A model generated the notes under the pieces. It saw only the letters and a program-made list of their open reading frames with translations, was not told the DNA's origin and made no database searches. Positions 19,540 through 32,036 of a stretch of 64,000 nt of DNA are shown here, piece by piece; position 1 is the first letter of the stretch, and every line of letters begins with the position of its first letter. Position numbers and translations under genes: made by a program. Source of the DNA: Candidatus Eiseniibacteriota bacterium. Its GTDB lineage: Bacteria; Eisenbacteria; RBG-16-71-46. The DNA lies in the NCBI GenBank assembly GCA_031370785.1, contig JANMQY010000061.1, positions 38,786-102,785 of the forward strand. Reading direction: 5' to 3'.

Positions 19540-21372
19540 ATGCGCCTGAGCCTCCGCTGGAAGATCCTGCTCATCACCGTGATCACCCCGCTCACGCTCG
19601 GAGTGTCCACGTTCGTGACCGTGCATCGCAGCGTCAAGCAGCACGTGAACTCGTCCTCGATTCACGAGAGCCTCGAACACTCGCGGCTGGTGTTCGAGAG
19701 CATGCTCGCCGCGCGTGCCAAGGCGCTGGCCGGTGGCGCGCAGGTGATCGCGCGCGACCCCCGGTTCTTCTCGCTGCTGACCCTGGACCGGACTCAGCGC
19801 GACTCGCGGTTCGCGGCCACGGTGCGCGGGATGGCGCACGACTTCAATCAGATCACTCAGACCGAGCTGTTCGAGGTGCTGGACCGGCGCGGCCGGATTC
19901 TCGCCTCGGTCGGTGGGGTCTCCTCGGAGCGGGAAGCGCGCGAGGCGCTGGTGCACACCGCGCTCGAGGGAACCGCGGTCACCGGTGTGCTGGTTCAGCA
20001 CGACGCCCAGTATCAGGTGACCGCGACGCCGGTGCGCGCGGACGGCCAGATCGTGGGCGCGCTGCTGCTCGGATCCGAGATCGGCGAGCGCCTGGCGCGG
20101 GTGCTGCGCGCGCAGATGCTCAGCGAGGTCACGTTCGTCTCCGGCCAGGAGATCACCGGCACGACGCTGAGCCTGGCGAAGGACCGCGACGCGCTGAGCC
20201 AGCGGCTCGACGGCTTCGGGCTCACGCAGCAGACCGATTTCGGCCGCCTTGGAGTTTTCCGGGTCCACGGCGCGCACTTCACCTACCTGACCATCGTGCG
20301 CCGCATCCCGGGCTCGGATTCGCCCCACCCCCAGCTCTACGTGATGCAGCGCGCCTACGATCCTGAAACCCGGTTCCTCCAGCAGATGCAGCAGGACATG
20401 ATCCTGCTGGCGGCGATCGCCCTGATCGCTGCGCTGATCACCGGTCTGATGCTTTCCGAGAAGATCACCCGCCCGATCGGGCAGCTGGTGCACGGCGCAC
20501 AGGAGATGCAGCGCGGCAACTACACGCACCCGGTCCAGGTCAAGAGCTCGGACGAGATCGGCTACCTCGCGGAGCGCTTCATGGAGATGCGCCAGCGCGA
20601 GCAGGTCTACGTCAGCAGCCTCGAAGAGGCCGCCAAACTCAAGAGCGAATTCATCAGCATCGCCTCGCACGAGCTGCGCACCCCGATCAGCGTGATCAAG
20701 GGCTATCGCGACCTGCTCGACGAGGGCAAGCTCGGCCCGATCGAGCCGCGCCAGAAGCAGGCCCTCGAAACCATTCGCGGCTGCCTCTCGCAGCTGACCA
20801 GGATCGCCGAGCACGCGACTCAGATCGCACAGGTGCGAAGCGAGCGCCTCGAGCTGGCCATCGAGGAGCAGCCGATCGGCCCGCTGCTCGATGTGGCGGT
20901 CGGCACCGCACAGGCCGCGGCGCCGAATCGCAAGGTCAACCTCAACGTGCTGGTGGAGCCTCCCTCGCTCGACCCGGTCGCGGTGGACGGTCCCCGTCTG
21001 ACCCAGGCGGTCACTCAGCTGGTCTCGAACGGCATCCGTTTCACGCCCGACGGCGGCAAGGTCGAAGTCCGCGCGTTCGTGTCCGAGGAAACGCTGCACA
21101 TCGAGGTGACGGACGATGGGCCTGGCATCCCCGAGGAGCGCCTCCCGCGCATCTTCGACGACGGCCATGCGGTGCGCGGCTCGACCAACCACCATTCGTC
21201 GGACTCGCTCGAGTTCAACTCGGGCGGTCTCGGGCTGGGGCTCGGAATCACGCGGGGCATCGTCGAAGCGCACGGCGGAACCATCAGCGTCGACAGCCAG
21301 CCGGGCAAGGGCAGCCGCTTCGAGATCCGGATTCCGCTGCGCACCGTGCGAAACGAATCGACCGCGGCCTAG
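19540..21372 (+). CDS. Membrane sensor histidine kinase (periplasmic sensor, HAMP, HisKA, HATPase)
   Basis: Two TMs; HAMP SDEIG.LA; H-box SHELRTP; N-box LVSNGIRF; DDGPGI; GLGLGL; C-terminus STAA. Confidence 0.92.
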   Translation: MRLSLRWKILLITVITPLTLGVSTFVTVHRSVKQHVNSSSIHESLEHSRLVFESMLAARAKALAGGAQVIARDPRFFSLLTLDRTQRDSRFAATVRGMAHDFNQITQTELFEVLDRRGRILASVGGVSSEREAREALVHTALEGTAVTGVLVQHDAQYQVTATPVRADGQIVGALLLGSEIGERLARVLRAQMLSEVTFVSGQEITGTTLSLAKDRDALSQRLDGFGLTQQTDFGRLGVFRVHGAHFTYLTIVRRIPGSDSPHPQLYVMQRAYDPETRFLQQMQQDMILLAAIALIAALITGLMLSEKITRPIGQLVHGAQEMQRGNYTHPVQVKSSDEIGYLAERFMEMRQREQVYVSSLEEAAKLKSEFISIASHELRTPISVIKGYRDLLDEGKLGPIEPRQKQALETIRGCLSQLTRIAEHATQIAQVRSERLELAIEEQPIGPLLDVAVGTAQAAAPNRKVNLNVLVEPPSLDPVAVDGPRLTQAVTQLVSNGIRFTPDGGKVEVRAFVSEETLHIEVTDDGPGIPEERLPRIFDDGHAVRGSTNHHSSDSLEFNSGGLGLGLGITRGIVEAHGGTISVDSQPGKGSRFEIRIPLRTVRNESTAA

Positions 21373-21378
21373 CTACCG

Positions 21379-21981
21379 ATGATGGAGAAGCGCTCCCGGA
21401 ACCTCGCCCTTCGGTCCCGCGCACACGCGAGCCTGATGCGCGCAGCGCTGATGGCTCTGGCGTGCGTCGCCGCCGCGGCGACCCTGTGGCCCGCAACCGC
21501 AGGCGCGGACCAGGCGGAACAGAACGAGATCAAGGCGAACATGCTGTGGAACATCGCCAAGTTCGTGCGCTGGCCGGATGGGGCATTCGACAAGACCCGG
21601 GGACAGCTGGTCTTCACGATCCTGGGTGAGGATCCGCTCGCCGAAGCGCTGGCGGTCACGTTGAGCACCAAGACGATCAACGGTCGGCCGGTGTTCGTGC
21701 ACTTCGCGCGCCGCGCGCAGGACGCCGCCGGAAGCCAGATCCTGTATATCGCCGCTTCCGAGCATGGCCGGATCGACGAAGTTCTGAAGGCGATCGACGG
21801 CAGCTGGATGCTCACGGTCGCCGATTCGTCGGGCTTCGCGGTGCGCGGCGGGATGGTCGACTTCGCGCTGGAGCTCGACAAGGTTCGATTCGAGATCAAT
21901 CAGGTCCGCGCGGAGAAGGCCGGACTCAAGATCAGCGCCAAGCTGCTCGCTCTTGCGCACGTCGTGGAAGCCACCCCCTAA
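21379..21981 (+). CDS. YfiR-family (DUF4154) periplasmic regulator
   Basis: IKA.ML.NIAKFV.WP, LG.DP, GGMV.F, VRFEIN...A..AGLKIS.KLL.LA. Confidence 0.88.
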   Translation: MMEKRSRNLALRSRAHASLMRAALMALACVAAAATLWPATAGADQAEQNEIKANMLWNIAKFVRWPDGAFDKTRGQLVFTILGEDPLAEALAVTLSTKTINGRPVFVHFARRAQDAAGSQILYIAASEHGRIDEVLKAIDGSWMLTVADSSGFAVRGGMVDFALELDKVRFEINQVRAEKAGLKISAKLLALAHVVEATP

Positions 21982-21996
21982 TCCCAGGGAGCAGCG

Positions 21997-24795
<2,799 letters not shown>

Positions 24796-24834
24796 GCAGC
24801 GGGTCGGGTCGTTCAATCCTCGAGGAGGTCGCAC

Positions 24835-25464
24835 GTGCGCATCATGATTCTCGTCGCCGCTCTGGCCCTGGTGACCGTTGGCCGAGGACTTCTCATGGCG
24901 ATCATCGTCCGGTTGTTCGGCCGCGCGATCGGCGAACACGCGGTCGCCCAGCAGCCCGATCGCATCCAGCTGGTGCGCAGCGCACCCAGCGCGTGGCGCA
25001 ACGCGTCGGCGGCGGGCGCCCTGGCCGAGCCGCTGGTGAGGAGTGGCTTCGACGATGCGGGAACGTTCCGCGTTCAGGAAATGCCGGGCCTGGTGGTGCG
25101 TCTGCTGGCGAACCCGGGAGACGGATTCCTCGCGGTGGTGTACGAGCATCCGAAGGCCGGCCACTGGCTCGACCTGGTGACGCGGTACGGCGACCGCACC
25201 AGCATCACCTTCACCTCTCACGGTCCGACCGGCCTCTCCGCGCGTCCCGGCCACCCGATCGTCAACGTGTCGGGCGCCGGCGCGAACGCGCTGCTCAGGC
25301 GGGCGCGTGCCGAACGTCCGAAGGGTCCGATGGCGCCGGTCAGCGCGCCGCGGGCGCAGAGCGACTTCGAGGACGCCTACGGTGAGGCGATCGAGTGGCG
25401 GAAGCGTCACGGCATCTCGACCGCCGAGGTCGCGAAGGTGGCGTCTCTGCGCAAGGCCGCCTGA
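24835..25464 (+). CDS. Hypothetical protein with N-terminal membrane anchor
   Basis: GAGGAGG RBS before GTG; 209 aa with typical codon bias; ends LRKAA. Confidence 0.7.
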   Translation: MRIMILVAALALVTVGRGLLMAIIVRLFGRAIGEHAVAQQPDRIQLVRSAPSAWRNASAAGALAEPLVRSGFDDAGTFRVQEMPGLVVRLLANPGDGFLAVVYEHPKAGHWLDLVTRYGDRTSITFTSHGPTGLSARPGHPIVNVSGAGANALLRRARAERPKGPMAPVSAPRAQSDFEDAYGEAIEWRKRHGISTAEVAKVASLRKAA

Positions 25465-25669
25465 GGAATCTTGACCGACTGGCCCCGCGCCACGATTCTT
25501 GACGACGTCATTCAGCGATTCCGCCGCGGCCTGATCAGGCATCCGCGATCGCATCGCTCACCCTATGGGCAGAGCACGCGGACGCCGCGATCTCGGCTTC
25601 GCTCGGGAGCTTCACCTCGACTCCCGCGAAGCAGTCGCGCTACCTGCGGCGACAGGTGCGGCTGCTCGA

Positions 25670-25993
25670 TCAGGCGCGCTTCTTCCAGGTCGCGAACCAC
25701 ACCGCCGCACTCCAGGTCGGGAACAGGTCCACGCCCGGAATCAGCTCGGCCACGAGGGCCGGAAGAAACGCCGGATGCCAGCCGACCAGAAGGACCATGA
25801 CGATTCCAATCGCGATATCGAGCGCGTCCTCGAGCGGCGAGGCCAGTCCGGGCGCGAAAAGCGGCAGCAGCGCGATCTGAACGATGTCCGCCGCGAGTGC
25901 GATCCCGCGCGCCAGCCACACCCGCCGCCGCGATGGCGTTCGCGGCGCGGCCGCGGGCGAGGGCGCGGCAGGAATCTGCAGCTCGTCGCTCAG
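25670..25993 (-). CDS. Small hypothetical membrane protein
   Basis: Hydrophobic ..AADIVQIALLP..LLVGWHPAFLPALVAELIPGVDLFPTWSAAV; frame open to a CTG at 25993 overlapping the aquaporin stop (alternative GTG 25921). Confidence 0.65.
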   Translation of the reverse strand: MSDELQIPAAPSPAAAPRTPSRRRVWLARGIALAADIVQIALLPLFAPGLASPLEDALDIAIGIVMVLLVGWHPAFLPALVAELIPGVDLFPTWSAAVWFATWKKRA

Positions 25994-26628
25994 GAGGGCT
26001 CCTGCACCTGCACCCGAAACGCCGCTGCGGCCAGCGCGCCACCCACGAACGGGCCCACCAGATAGAGCCAGAGGTGGGCGAACGATCCCCCGCCGAGCAG
26101 GGCCTGAACCAGGATCGGGCCGGCGCCGACCGCGGGATTGAACACGCCGCCCGACACGCCACCTCCCGCGAACGCGCCCGCCATCACCGTGAACCCGATG
26201 GCGATTCCGTAGAACGAATTCCCGGCGTTGGCCTTCGTCGTTCCGACGTTGAGCACCACCAGAGCGAGCGCGAAGGTGAACGCCACTTCGACCAGCAGCG
26301 CGGACAGCGCCGGGAATTCGGCGCCGGGCGCGGGCGCGAACGTCCTGCCCAGAATCGCGACGACCAGCAGCGCCGCCGCGATCGCACCGGCCAGCTGGCT
26401 CACCACGTAAGGGATCAGGTCCTTCGCGGCGAACCTGCCGCCGAGCAGCATCGCCAGCGACACCGCCGGATTGTAGTGGGCGCCCGAGACGTGGCCGCCC
26501 ATGTATACGAGCGCGGTGAGCGCCGCCCCGATCGCGAGCGGGGCCAGCGGCGAGCCGCCGAGCACGCTCAGGCCGATGGTGAGCACGAGGAACAGCGTTC
26601 CAATGAACTCGGTGAGGTACCGCTTCAT
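25990..26628 (-). CDS. Aquaporin / MIP channel
   Basis: YLTEFIGT; SGAHYNPAV and SGGVFNPAV (two NPA boxes); six TMs. Confidence 0.93.
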   Translation of the reverse strand: MKRYLTEFIGTLFLVLTIGLSVLGGSPLAPLAIGAALTALVYMGGHVSGAHYNPAVSLAMLLGGRFAAKDLIPYVVSQLAGAIAAALLVVAILGRTFAPAPGAEFPALSALLVEVAFTFALALVVLNVGTTKANAGNSFYGIAIGFTVMAGAFAGGGVSGGVFNPAVGAGPILVQALLGGGSFAHLWLYLVGPFVGGALAAAAFRVQVQEPS

Positions 26629-26701
26629 GAGGACCCTTTCCGTGGGTGACGGGCCCCGACTCGCGATCTGTCGGGGCCCCTGGAGCATTCGCGAGTGCGC
26701 G

Positions 26702-27307
26702 CTAGTGCCTGACCGCTTCCCTGGTTTCCTTCGGCCCGGCCGCGCTCGCCTGCTGGGGCGCGGACCACGGCGGCGCGATGCCGTTCATGCGCGCGTAGGC
26801 GATGGACTGCCCGAGATGCTCGTGGGCGTGCGTGACCGCGATCATCATCGCCTCGCGCGCGGTTCCGTCGTGGTCGAAGATCTTGACGGTCTTGCTCAGG
26901 TCGCCATCCGGCGTGTCGGAGATGGCCTTGCGCAGGTGAGCGAACGACGCCTTCAGATCGCGAACGATCTCAGCCCTGTCGTTGCCCGCGGTCTCGTAGG
27001 TCTTCATGTCGAACCCGGCCGGCGGCGCGGAACCGAACAGGGTCGGCAGCAGGTAGTTCGCGGTGACCACGTGGCGAAACACCTCGGCCACCGATCGCAC
27101 GCCCTTGCGAGGGCGCCACGAGAACTTCGCCTGCGGCATCGCGCCCGCCAGATCGACGAGCTTGACCTCGGCTTCCTTGATCTGGGCGATCATGGCCCCG
27201 CGCTCGCCCGAGAGCGGGGCAACCGCCTCCTCTGCGCGCAGAGGAGCAACCAGCACAGCGGCTGAAATCAACGCGCCGGCCAGCACCAGAATGGGCTGAT
27301 GTCGCAT
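26702..27307 (-). CDS. Exported DinB-family protein
   Basis: Signal peptide; AMP..KF.WRP..GVRS.AEVF.H; H.HEHLGQ.IAYARMNG..PPWS; AGGAGG RBS. Confidence 0.85.
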   Translation of the reverse strand: MRHQPILVLAGALISAAVLVAPLRAEEAVAPLSGERGAMIAQIKEAEVKLVDLAGAMPQAKFSWRPRKGVRSVAEVFRHVVTANYLLPTLFGSAPPAGFDMKTYETAGNDRAEIVRDLKASFAHLRKAISDTPDGDLSKTVKIFDHDGTAREAMMIAVTHAHEHLGQSIAYARMNGIAPPWSAPQQASAAGPKETREAVRH

Positions 27308-27574
27308 CGTGTGCCTCCTTTCACTGGGGAGAATGACGGTCGGACAGGTGGCATCCTAGCCGAATCCGGTCCCGCCGCCATCCCATTCCAGGGACGCGCG
27401 GCCAGCGCGGCCCTGGGGGGCCAGCGGGCGCTCTGGCCCCGTCCGTCGCGCCGGCCGCCGCGTGGCATTTGGCCCGCAGCGGCAGGCGGGCTTAGGATGC
27501 GGCGATATGACATCCCCTGTGCGCCCTGGCTCTGGGGCGTTGGCCGTTCCCCGCCTCCCCCACGGAGAACACGG

Positions 27575-29101
27575 ATGAAGCCTTCGCTCGCCGACTTGAA
27601 GCAGCGCCTCGCCGAAGTCAACGACCTGCAGATGGCCACCGCGGTCCTGCGCTGGGACCAGGCGACCTACATGCCCCCGGGTGGCGCCGCGGCGCGCGGC
27701 CGGCAGATGGCCACCCTGAGCCGGATCGCTCACGAGAAATTCACCGATCCTGCGATCGGGCGGCTGCTCGACACGCTCGAGCCGCAGATGGCCAAGCGCC
27801 CGTTCGAATCCGACGAAGCCGGCCTGGTGCGGGCGACCCGGCGTGAATACGATCAGGCAGTGCTGGTGCCGGGGGCCTTCATCGCGGAGATGAACACCCA
27901 CACTGCGCACGCCTATCAGGTATGGACCGAAGCGCGCCCGGCGAACGACTTCGCCGCGGTGCGCCCATTGCTCGAGAAGACCCTCGAGCTGAGCCGGCGC
28001 TACGCGGGCTATTTTCCGAATACCGAAAGCATCGCCGATCCGCTGATCGACCTGAGCGACTACGGGATGAAGGCCAGCGACGTGCGCCGCCTGTTCGGTG
28101 CGCTGCGCGCACGGCTGGTGCCGATCGTGCAGGCCATCACCTCGGGGCCACCGACCGACGCGTCGTGCCTGCACCAGCACGCGCCCGAGGCGTTGCAGCT
28201 GGGGTTCGGACTCTCGGTGATTCGCCGCTTCGGCTACGACTTCGATCGCGGACGGCAGGACAAGACCCATCACCCGTTCATGACCAAGTTCTCGCTCGGA
28301 GACGTGCGCATCACCACCCGCGTGCGCGAGGACGACGTGACCGACGCTCTGTTCAGCACGCTGCACGAATCCGGTCACGCGATGTACGAGCAGGGCATCG
28401 AGCCGTCTTTCGAGGGCACGCCACTCGCGAACGGTGCATCGTCCGGGGTGCACGAGAGCCAGTCTCGGCTGTGGGAGAACATCGTGGGCAGGAGCCTGGG
28501 TTTCTGGACGGGCGCTTATCCCGAGATGCAGAAGACGTTCCCGACCCAGCTCGGCAAGGTGCCGCTCGACACGTTCTATCGCGCGATCAACAAGGTCGAG
28601 CGCTCGCTGATCCGCACCGACGCCGACGAGGTCACCTACAATCTGCACGTCATGCTGCGCTTCGACTTCGAGATGGACATGCTCGAAGGCCGGCTCGCGA
28701 TCAAGGACCTGCCCGAAGCGTGGCGTGCGCGAATTCGCGAAGACTTCGGCGTCGCCGTGCCCGACGATCGCGACGGAGCGATGCAGGACGTGCACTGGTT
28801 CGGCGGGCTGATCGGTGGCGCGTTCCAGGGCTACACCCTCGGCAACGTGCTCAGCGCGCAGTTCTTCGCGGCCGCGCGCCGCGCCCACCCCGACATTCCG
28901 CAGCGCATCGGCGCCGGCGACTTCGGCTCGCTCCACGGCTGGCTGCGCGAGAACGTGTACCGGCATGGCGCGAAATTCACCGCGGCCGAGCTGGTCGAGC
29001 GAGCCACCGGGGGCCCGATGAGCATCGAGCCCTACCTCTCCTACCTGTGGGACAAGTACCAGCCGCTCTACGCACTCGAAGGTGCAATGCCGCGCGGTTG
29101 A
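27575..29101 (+). CDS. Carboxypeptidase, family M32 (Taq-like)
   Basis: WDQ.TYMP, HPF, DVRITTR, HESGH, HESQ, IRT.ADE, G..QDVHW, YTLGN. Confidence 0.95.
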   Translation: MKPSLADLKQRLAEVNDLQMATAVLRWDQATYMPPGGAAARGRQMATLSRIAHEKFTDPAIGRLLDTLEPQMAKRPFESDEAGLVRATRREYDQAVLVPGAFIAEMNTHTAHAYQVWTEARPANDFAAVRPLLEKTLELSRRYAGYFPNTESIADPLIDLSDYGMKASDVRRLFGALRARLVPIVQAITSGPPTDASCLHQHAPEALQLGFGLSVIRRFGYDFDRGRQDKTHHPFMTKFSLGDVRITTRVREDDVTDALFSTLHESGHAMYEQGIEPSFEGTPLANGASSGVHESQSRLWENIVGRSLGFWTGAYPEMQKTFPTQLGKVPLDTFYRAINKVERSLIRTDADEVTYNLHVMLRFDFEMDMLEGRLAIKDLPEAWRARIREDFGVAVPDDRDGAMQDVHWFGGLIGGAFQGYTLGNVLSAQFFAAARRAHPDIPQRIGAGDFGSLHGWLRENVYRHGAKFTAAELVERATGGPMSIEPYLSYLWDKYQPLYALEGAMPRG

Positions 29102-29277
29102 AGCGCATCCCTGCGACCAGGGCAGAGCAGCCTCGAAGCGCTGGGTTGTGCGGGAAATCCAGCAGACTGAACGACCTCTGGACGAATGTCGGCCGGCCCT
29201 CTGTTACTCTCCGCCGCCGTCCCTGGAACCCTGGCCACTCAGCACCGCAACCCCCAACTCTCCATCAGGAGGCATCC

Positions 29278-30132
29278 ATGCTGATTCGTCTTGCCACCAT
29301 TGCGCTCGCGCTGGTGACGTTCGCCGCGCCGTCCGTACGCGCCGAGCTTCAATTGCCGCGGGTGAGTCAGAAGGGCACCGTCTCGCAGACCATCGGTCTC
29401 ACCGACATCACGCTGGTCTACAGCCGGCCGGGAGTGAAAGCCCGAACCATCTGGGGCGAGCTGGTGCCGTACGACAAGCCGTGGCGCACCGGGGCCAACG
29501 AGGCCACCACGTTCACGGTTACCGACGAGATCCAGGTCGAAGGCAAGAAGCTGCCCGCCGGCACCTACAGCTTCTTCACCATCCCGGGGAAGGATGAATG
29601 GACGGTGGTGTTCAGCAAGCAGAAGGAGCTATGGGGCGCATTCGACTACAAGCCCGAGGAGGACGCGCTGCGCGTGACGGTGAAGCCTCAGCCCGCCGAT
29701 CATGAGGAATGGATGCGGCTGGCGTTCGAGAACCTCACGCCGAACTCGGCCGAGCTGCACCTGCGCTGGGAGAAGCTCGACGTGCCGATCCGGCTGCAGG
29801 CCGACGTGACCAACCGCGTGCTGGCCGACGCGCGCCGCGAGGTGCCAGCCGCCAAGAGCGACGACTGGCGCACTCCGTTCCGCGCCGCCGGCTACCTCAA
29901 CGACAACGACCTGAACCTCGATGAAGCCATGACCTGGGCGAAGAAGTCGGTCGCGATCGACGCCAACTACAGCAACCTCTCCCTTCTCGCCAGGCTGCAG
30001 CAGAAAGAAGGCAAGACCAAGGACGCGATCGCGACCGCCCAGAAGGCGATCGCGGCGGGGAAGGCGAGCAAGGACAAAGTAGATACCGCTCCCACCGAGA
30101 AGCTGGTCGCCGAGTGGCAGGCGAAGAAGTAG
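29278..30132 (+). CDS. DUF2911 domain protein with C-terminal TPR-like helices
   Basis: AGGAGG RBS; signal peptide; QTIGLTDI...YSRP.VK.R.IWG.LVPY...WRTGANE. Confidence 0.88.
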   Translation: MLIRLATIALALVTFAAPSVRAELQLPRVSQKGTVSQTIGLTDITLVYSRPGVKARTIWGELVPYDKPWRTGANEATTFTVTDEIQVEGKKLPAGTYSFFTIPGKDEWTVVFSKQKELWGAFDYKPEEDALRVTVKPQPADHEEWMRLAFENLTPNSAELHLRWEKLDVPIRLQADVTNRVLADARREVPAAKSDDWRTPFRAAGYLNDNDLNLDEAMTWAKKSVAIDANYSNLSLLARLQQKEGKTKDAIATAQKAIAAGKASKDKVDTAPTEKLVAEWQAKK

Positions 30133-30169
30133 CCGTCAGCCGATGACTCGTGGGGCCCGGCTCTGCGGG

Positions 30170-31897
30170 CTACTCGTTCCGGTCATCGGGTGACGTGCTG
30201 CCCGGCTCTGCTGGCATCTTTTTTCCCATCAGCGGCTGTAGTGCGAGCGCGAGGCCGACTACGAGGGCGCAGCCGACGACGTTGTACCAGAGGAACGAGA
30301 GCTTCGTGGAGGTGAAGCAGGCGATCACGGCGGCTTCGGCGACGAGCGCGGCGGCGAACACTGCGCGCCCTCCTACTCCGCGGCAGTAGAAGGCGGTGAG
30401 GAAGATTCCGAGGATGGTGCCGTAGAACAGCGAGCCGAGGATGTTCACCGCCTCGACCAGGGATCCCAGCCGGCTCGCGAACTCGGCGAACGCCACCGCG
30501 AATGCCGCCCACAGGCAGGTCGCAATCCGCGAGGCCGTGACCTCGTGCGCTTCGGAGACTGGCCGCCCGCGCAGGCGCCGCACCACGTCCACGATCGTGG
30601 TCGAGGACAGAGCGTTCAGCTCGGACGAGATGCTGTTCATCGCGGCCGCGAAGATCGCAGCCAGCACCAGGCCGATGATTCCCGCCGGCAGATGGCCGAG
30701 CACGAACCCGAGGAACACGTAGTTGGTGTCGCTCGGATTTGCGGCGGGGTCGCGCGTCCGGATCAGCGAAACACAGTCCCGGCGGACCGCGTTCGCATCC
30801 TGCACCGCCTGGCCGAGCCCCGCCTCGGCGAGCGCCAGCGCCGCAGAGTCGTGCCGGTGCCGGGCATCGATGCGCATGCGGGCCGCGCTCGCGCGCCGGG
30901 TGGTCGCGTCCGCCCAGCGCGCTTCGAGGACACGCCACTCCGCCGGAGCATGGCGCTCGAGCTTCGCGGCCTCGACCGGATCCGCCCACAGCGCGGGCGG
31001 CGCAAACTGGTGGAACGTGAACACCATGACGCCGAGGAACAGGATCAGGAACTGCATCGGCACCTTGACCAGGCCGTTGAACAGCAGCCCCATCCGGCTC
31101 TGGGTCACCGAACTTCCGGCGAGGTAGCGCCCGACCTGCGACTGGTCGGCGCCGAAGTACGACATCTGCAAAAAGAATCCCCCGATCAGTCCCGACCACA
31201 GGTTGTAGCGGTTGGTGAGATCGAAGTGTGTGTCGACCGCGTTGAGCTTGCCCAGGTGCCCGGCCAGCGAGACGGCGTCGCCGAACCCGACGCCGTGCGG
31301 CAGGCGAGTGACGGTGAGGGCGAAGGCCACCGCCATCGCCCCGAGGATGATCAGGAACTGGAGTGCGTGGCTGTGCCCGACCGCTTTCGCGCCGCCGCTT
31401 GCGGTGTAGAGCACCACGATCCCGCCGAGCAGCAGGCAGGTCAGGTTCAGCTGCCAGCCCAGCAGCACCGAAAGGATCAGCGCCGGCGCGTAAATGGTGA
31501 TCCCGGCCGCGAGTCCGCGCTGGATCAGGAACAGGACGGCGGCCAGCGTGCGCGTGCGCGAGTCGAAGCGCCGCTCGAGATACTCGTACGCGGTATAGAC
31601 GTGCAGCCGGTGAAAGATCGGCACCGCGCTCATGCACAGCACGACCATCGCGAGCGGCAGCCCGAAGTAGAACTGGACGAAGCGCAGGCCGTCGACGTAG
31701 GCCTGTCCGGGTGTCGCCAGGAACGTGGTCGCGCTGGCCTGGGTCGCCATCACCGAGAGCGCGACCATTGGCCATGGCATGGCGCGATCCGCGAGCACGT
31801 AGCCGTCGAGCCCATGCCCGCCGCGGCCGCGCCACAGGCCATACCCGACGAACAGCGCGAGCGCGCCGATCAGCACGCTCCAGTCCAGCGGCCTCAC
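30170..31897 (-). CDS. Sodium:solute symporter (SSS family)
   Basis: LSVMATQASA.TFL.TPGQ, TAYEYLE.RF, SYFG.DQSQV.RYL, SL.EAVN.LGSLFYG. Confidence 0.92.
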   Translation of the reverse strand: MRPLDWSVLIGALALFVGYGLWRGRGGHGLDGYVLADRAMPWPMVALSVMATQASATTFLATPGQAYVDGLRFVQFYFGLPLAMVVLCMSAVPIFHRLHVYTAYEYLERRFDSRTRTLAAVLFLIQRGLAAGITIYAPALILSVLLGWQLNLTCLLLGGIVVLYTASGGAKAVGHSHALQFLIILGAMAVAFALTVTRLPHGVGFGDAVSLAGHLGKLNAVDTHFDLTNRYNLWSGLIGGFFLQMSYFGADQSQVGRYLAGSSVTQSRMGLLFNGLVKVPMQFLILFLGVMVFTFHQFAPPALWADPVEAAKLERHAPAEWRVLEARWADATTRRASAARMRIDARHRHDSAALALAEAGLGQAVQDANAVRRDCVSLIRTRDPAANPSDTNYVFLGFVLGHLPAGIIGLVLAAIFAAAMNSISSELNALSSTTIVDVVRRLRGRPVSEAHEVTASRIATCLWAAFAVAFAEFASRLGSLVEAVNILGSLFYGTILGIFLTAFYCRGVGGRAVFAAALVAEAAVIACFTSTKLSFLWYNVVGCALVVGLALALQPLMGKKMPAEPGSTSPDDRNE

Positions 31898-31916
31898 GCG
31901 CCCACTCCTCTGGCGC

Positions 31917-32036
31917 TCACCGCTGGCTGGAGGTGAGCCACGCGAGCATGGCGATCGTCAGCGCGAGATTCGCGATCACGAGCAGATAGAGGCGCGACCA
32001 GCGCCCGAGCAGCGGCGGACGCTCGTCTTCGCTCAC
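31917..32036 (-). CDS. Small single-TM protein preceding the SSS gene
   Basis: 39 aa (M)SEDERPPLLGRWSRLYLLVIANLALTIAMLAWLTSSQR; GTG overlaps the PIG-L stop (GTGA). Confidence 0.7.
   Translation of the reverse strand: MSEDERPPLLGRWSRLYLLVIANLALTIAMLAWLTSSQR

Noticed and set aside
25465..25669. Gap between convergent genes that might hold a small Cys-containing remnant
   Set aside because: No start or RBS and no convincing motif in any frame.
29101..29200. CAGG..AGCAGC resembling SRP RNA domain IV
   Set aside because: Lacks the GGAA tetraloop stem and the long flanking helix.
27922..29277. Apparent 450-aa N-terminal extension of DUF2911; similar extensions on msrA, PIG-L, M16, GT2 and folE ORFs
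   Set aside because: They overlap upstream genes or the tRNA in another frame; RBS and signal peptides mark downstream starts, so these are not fusions.
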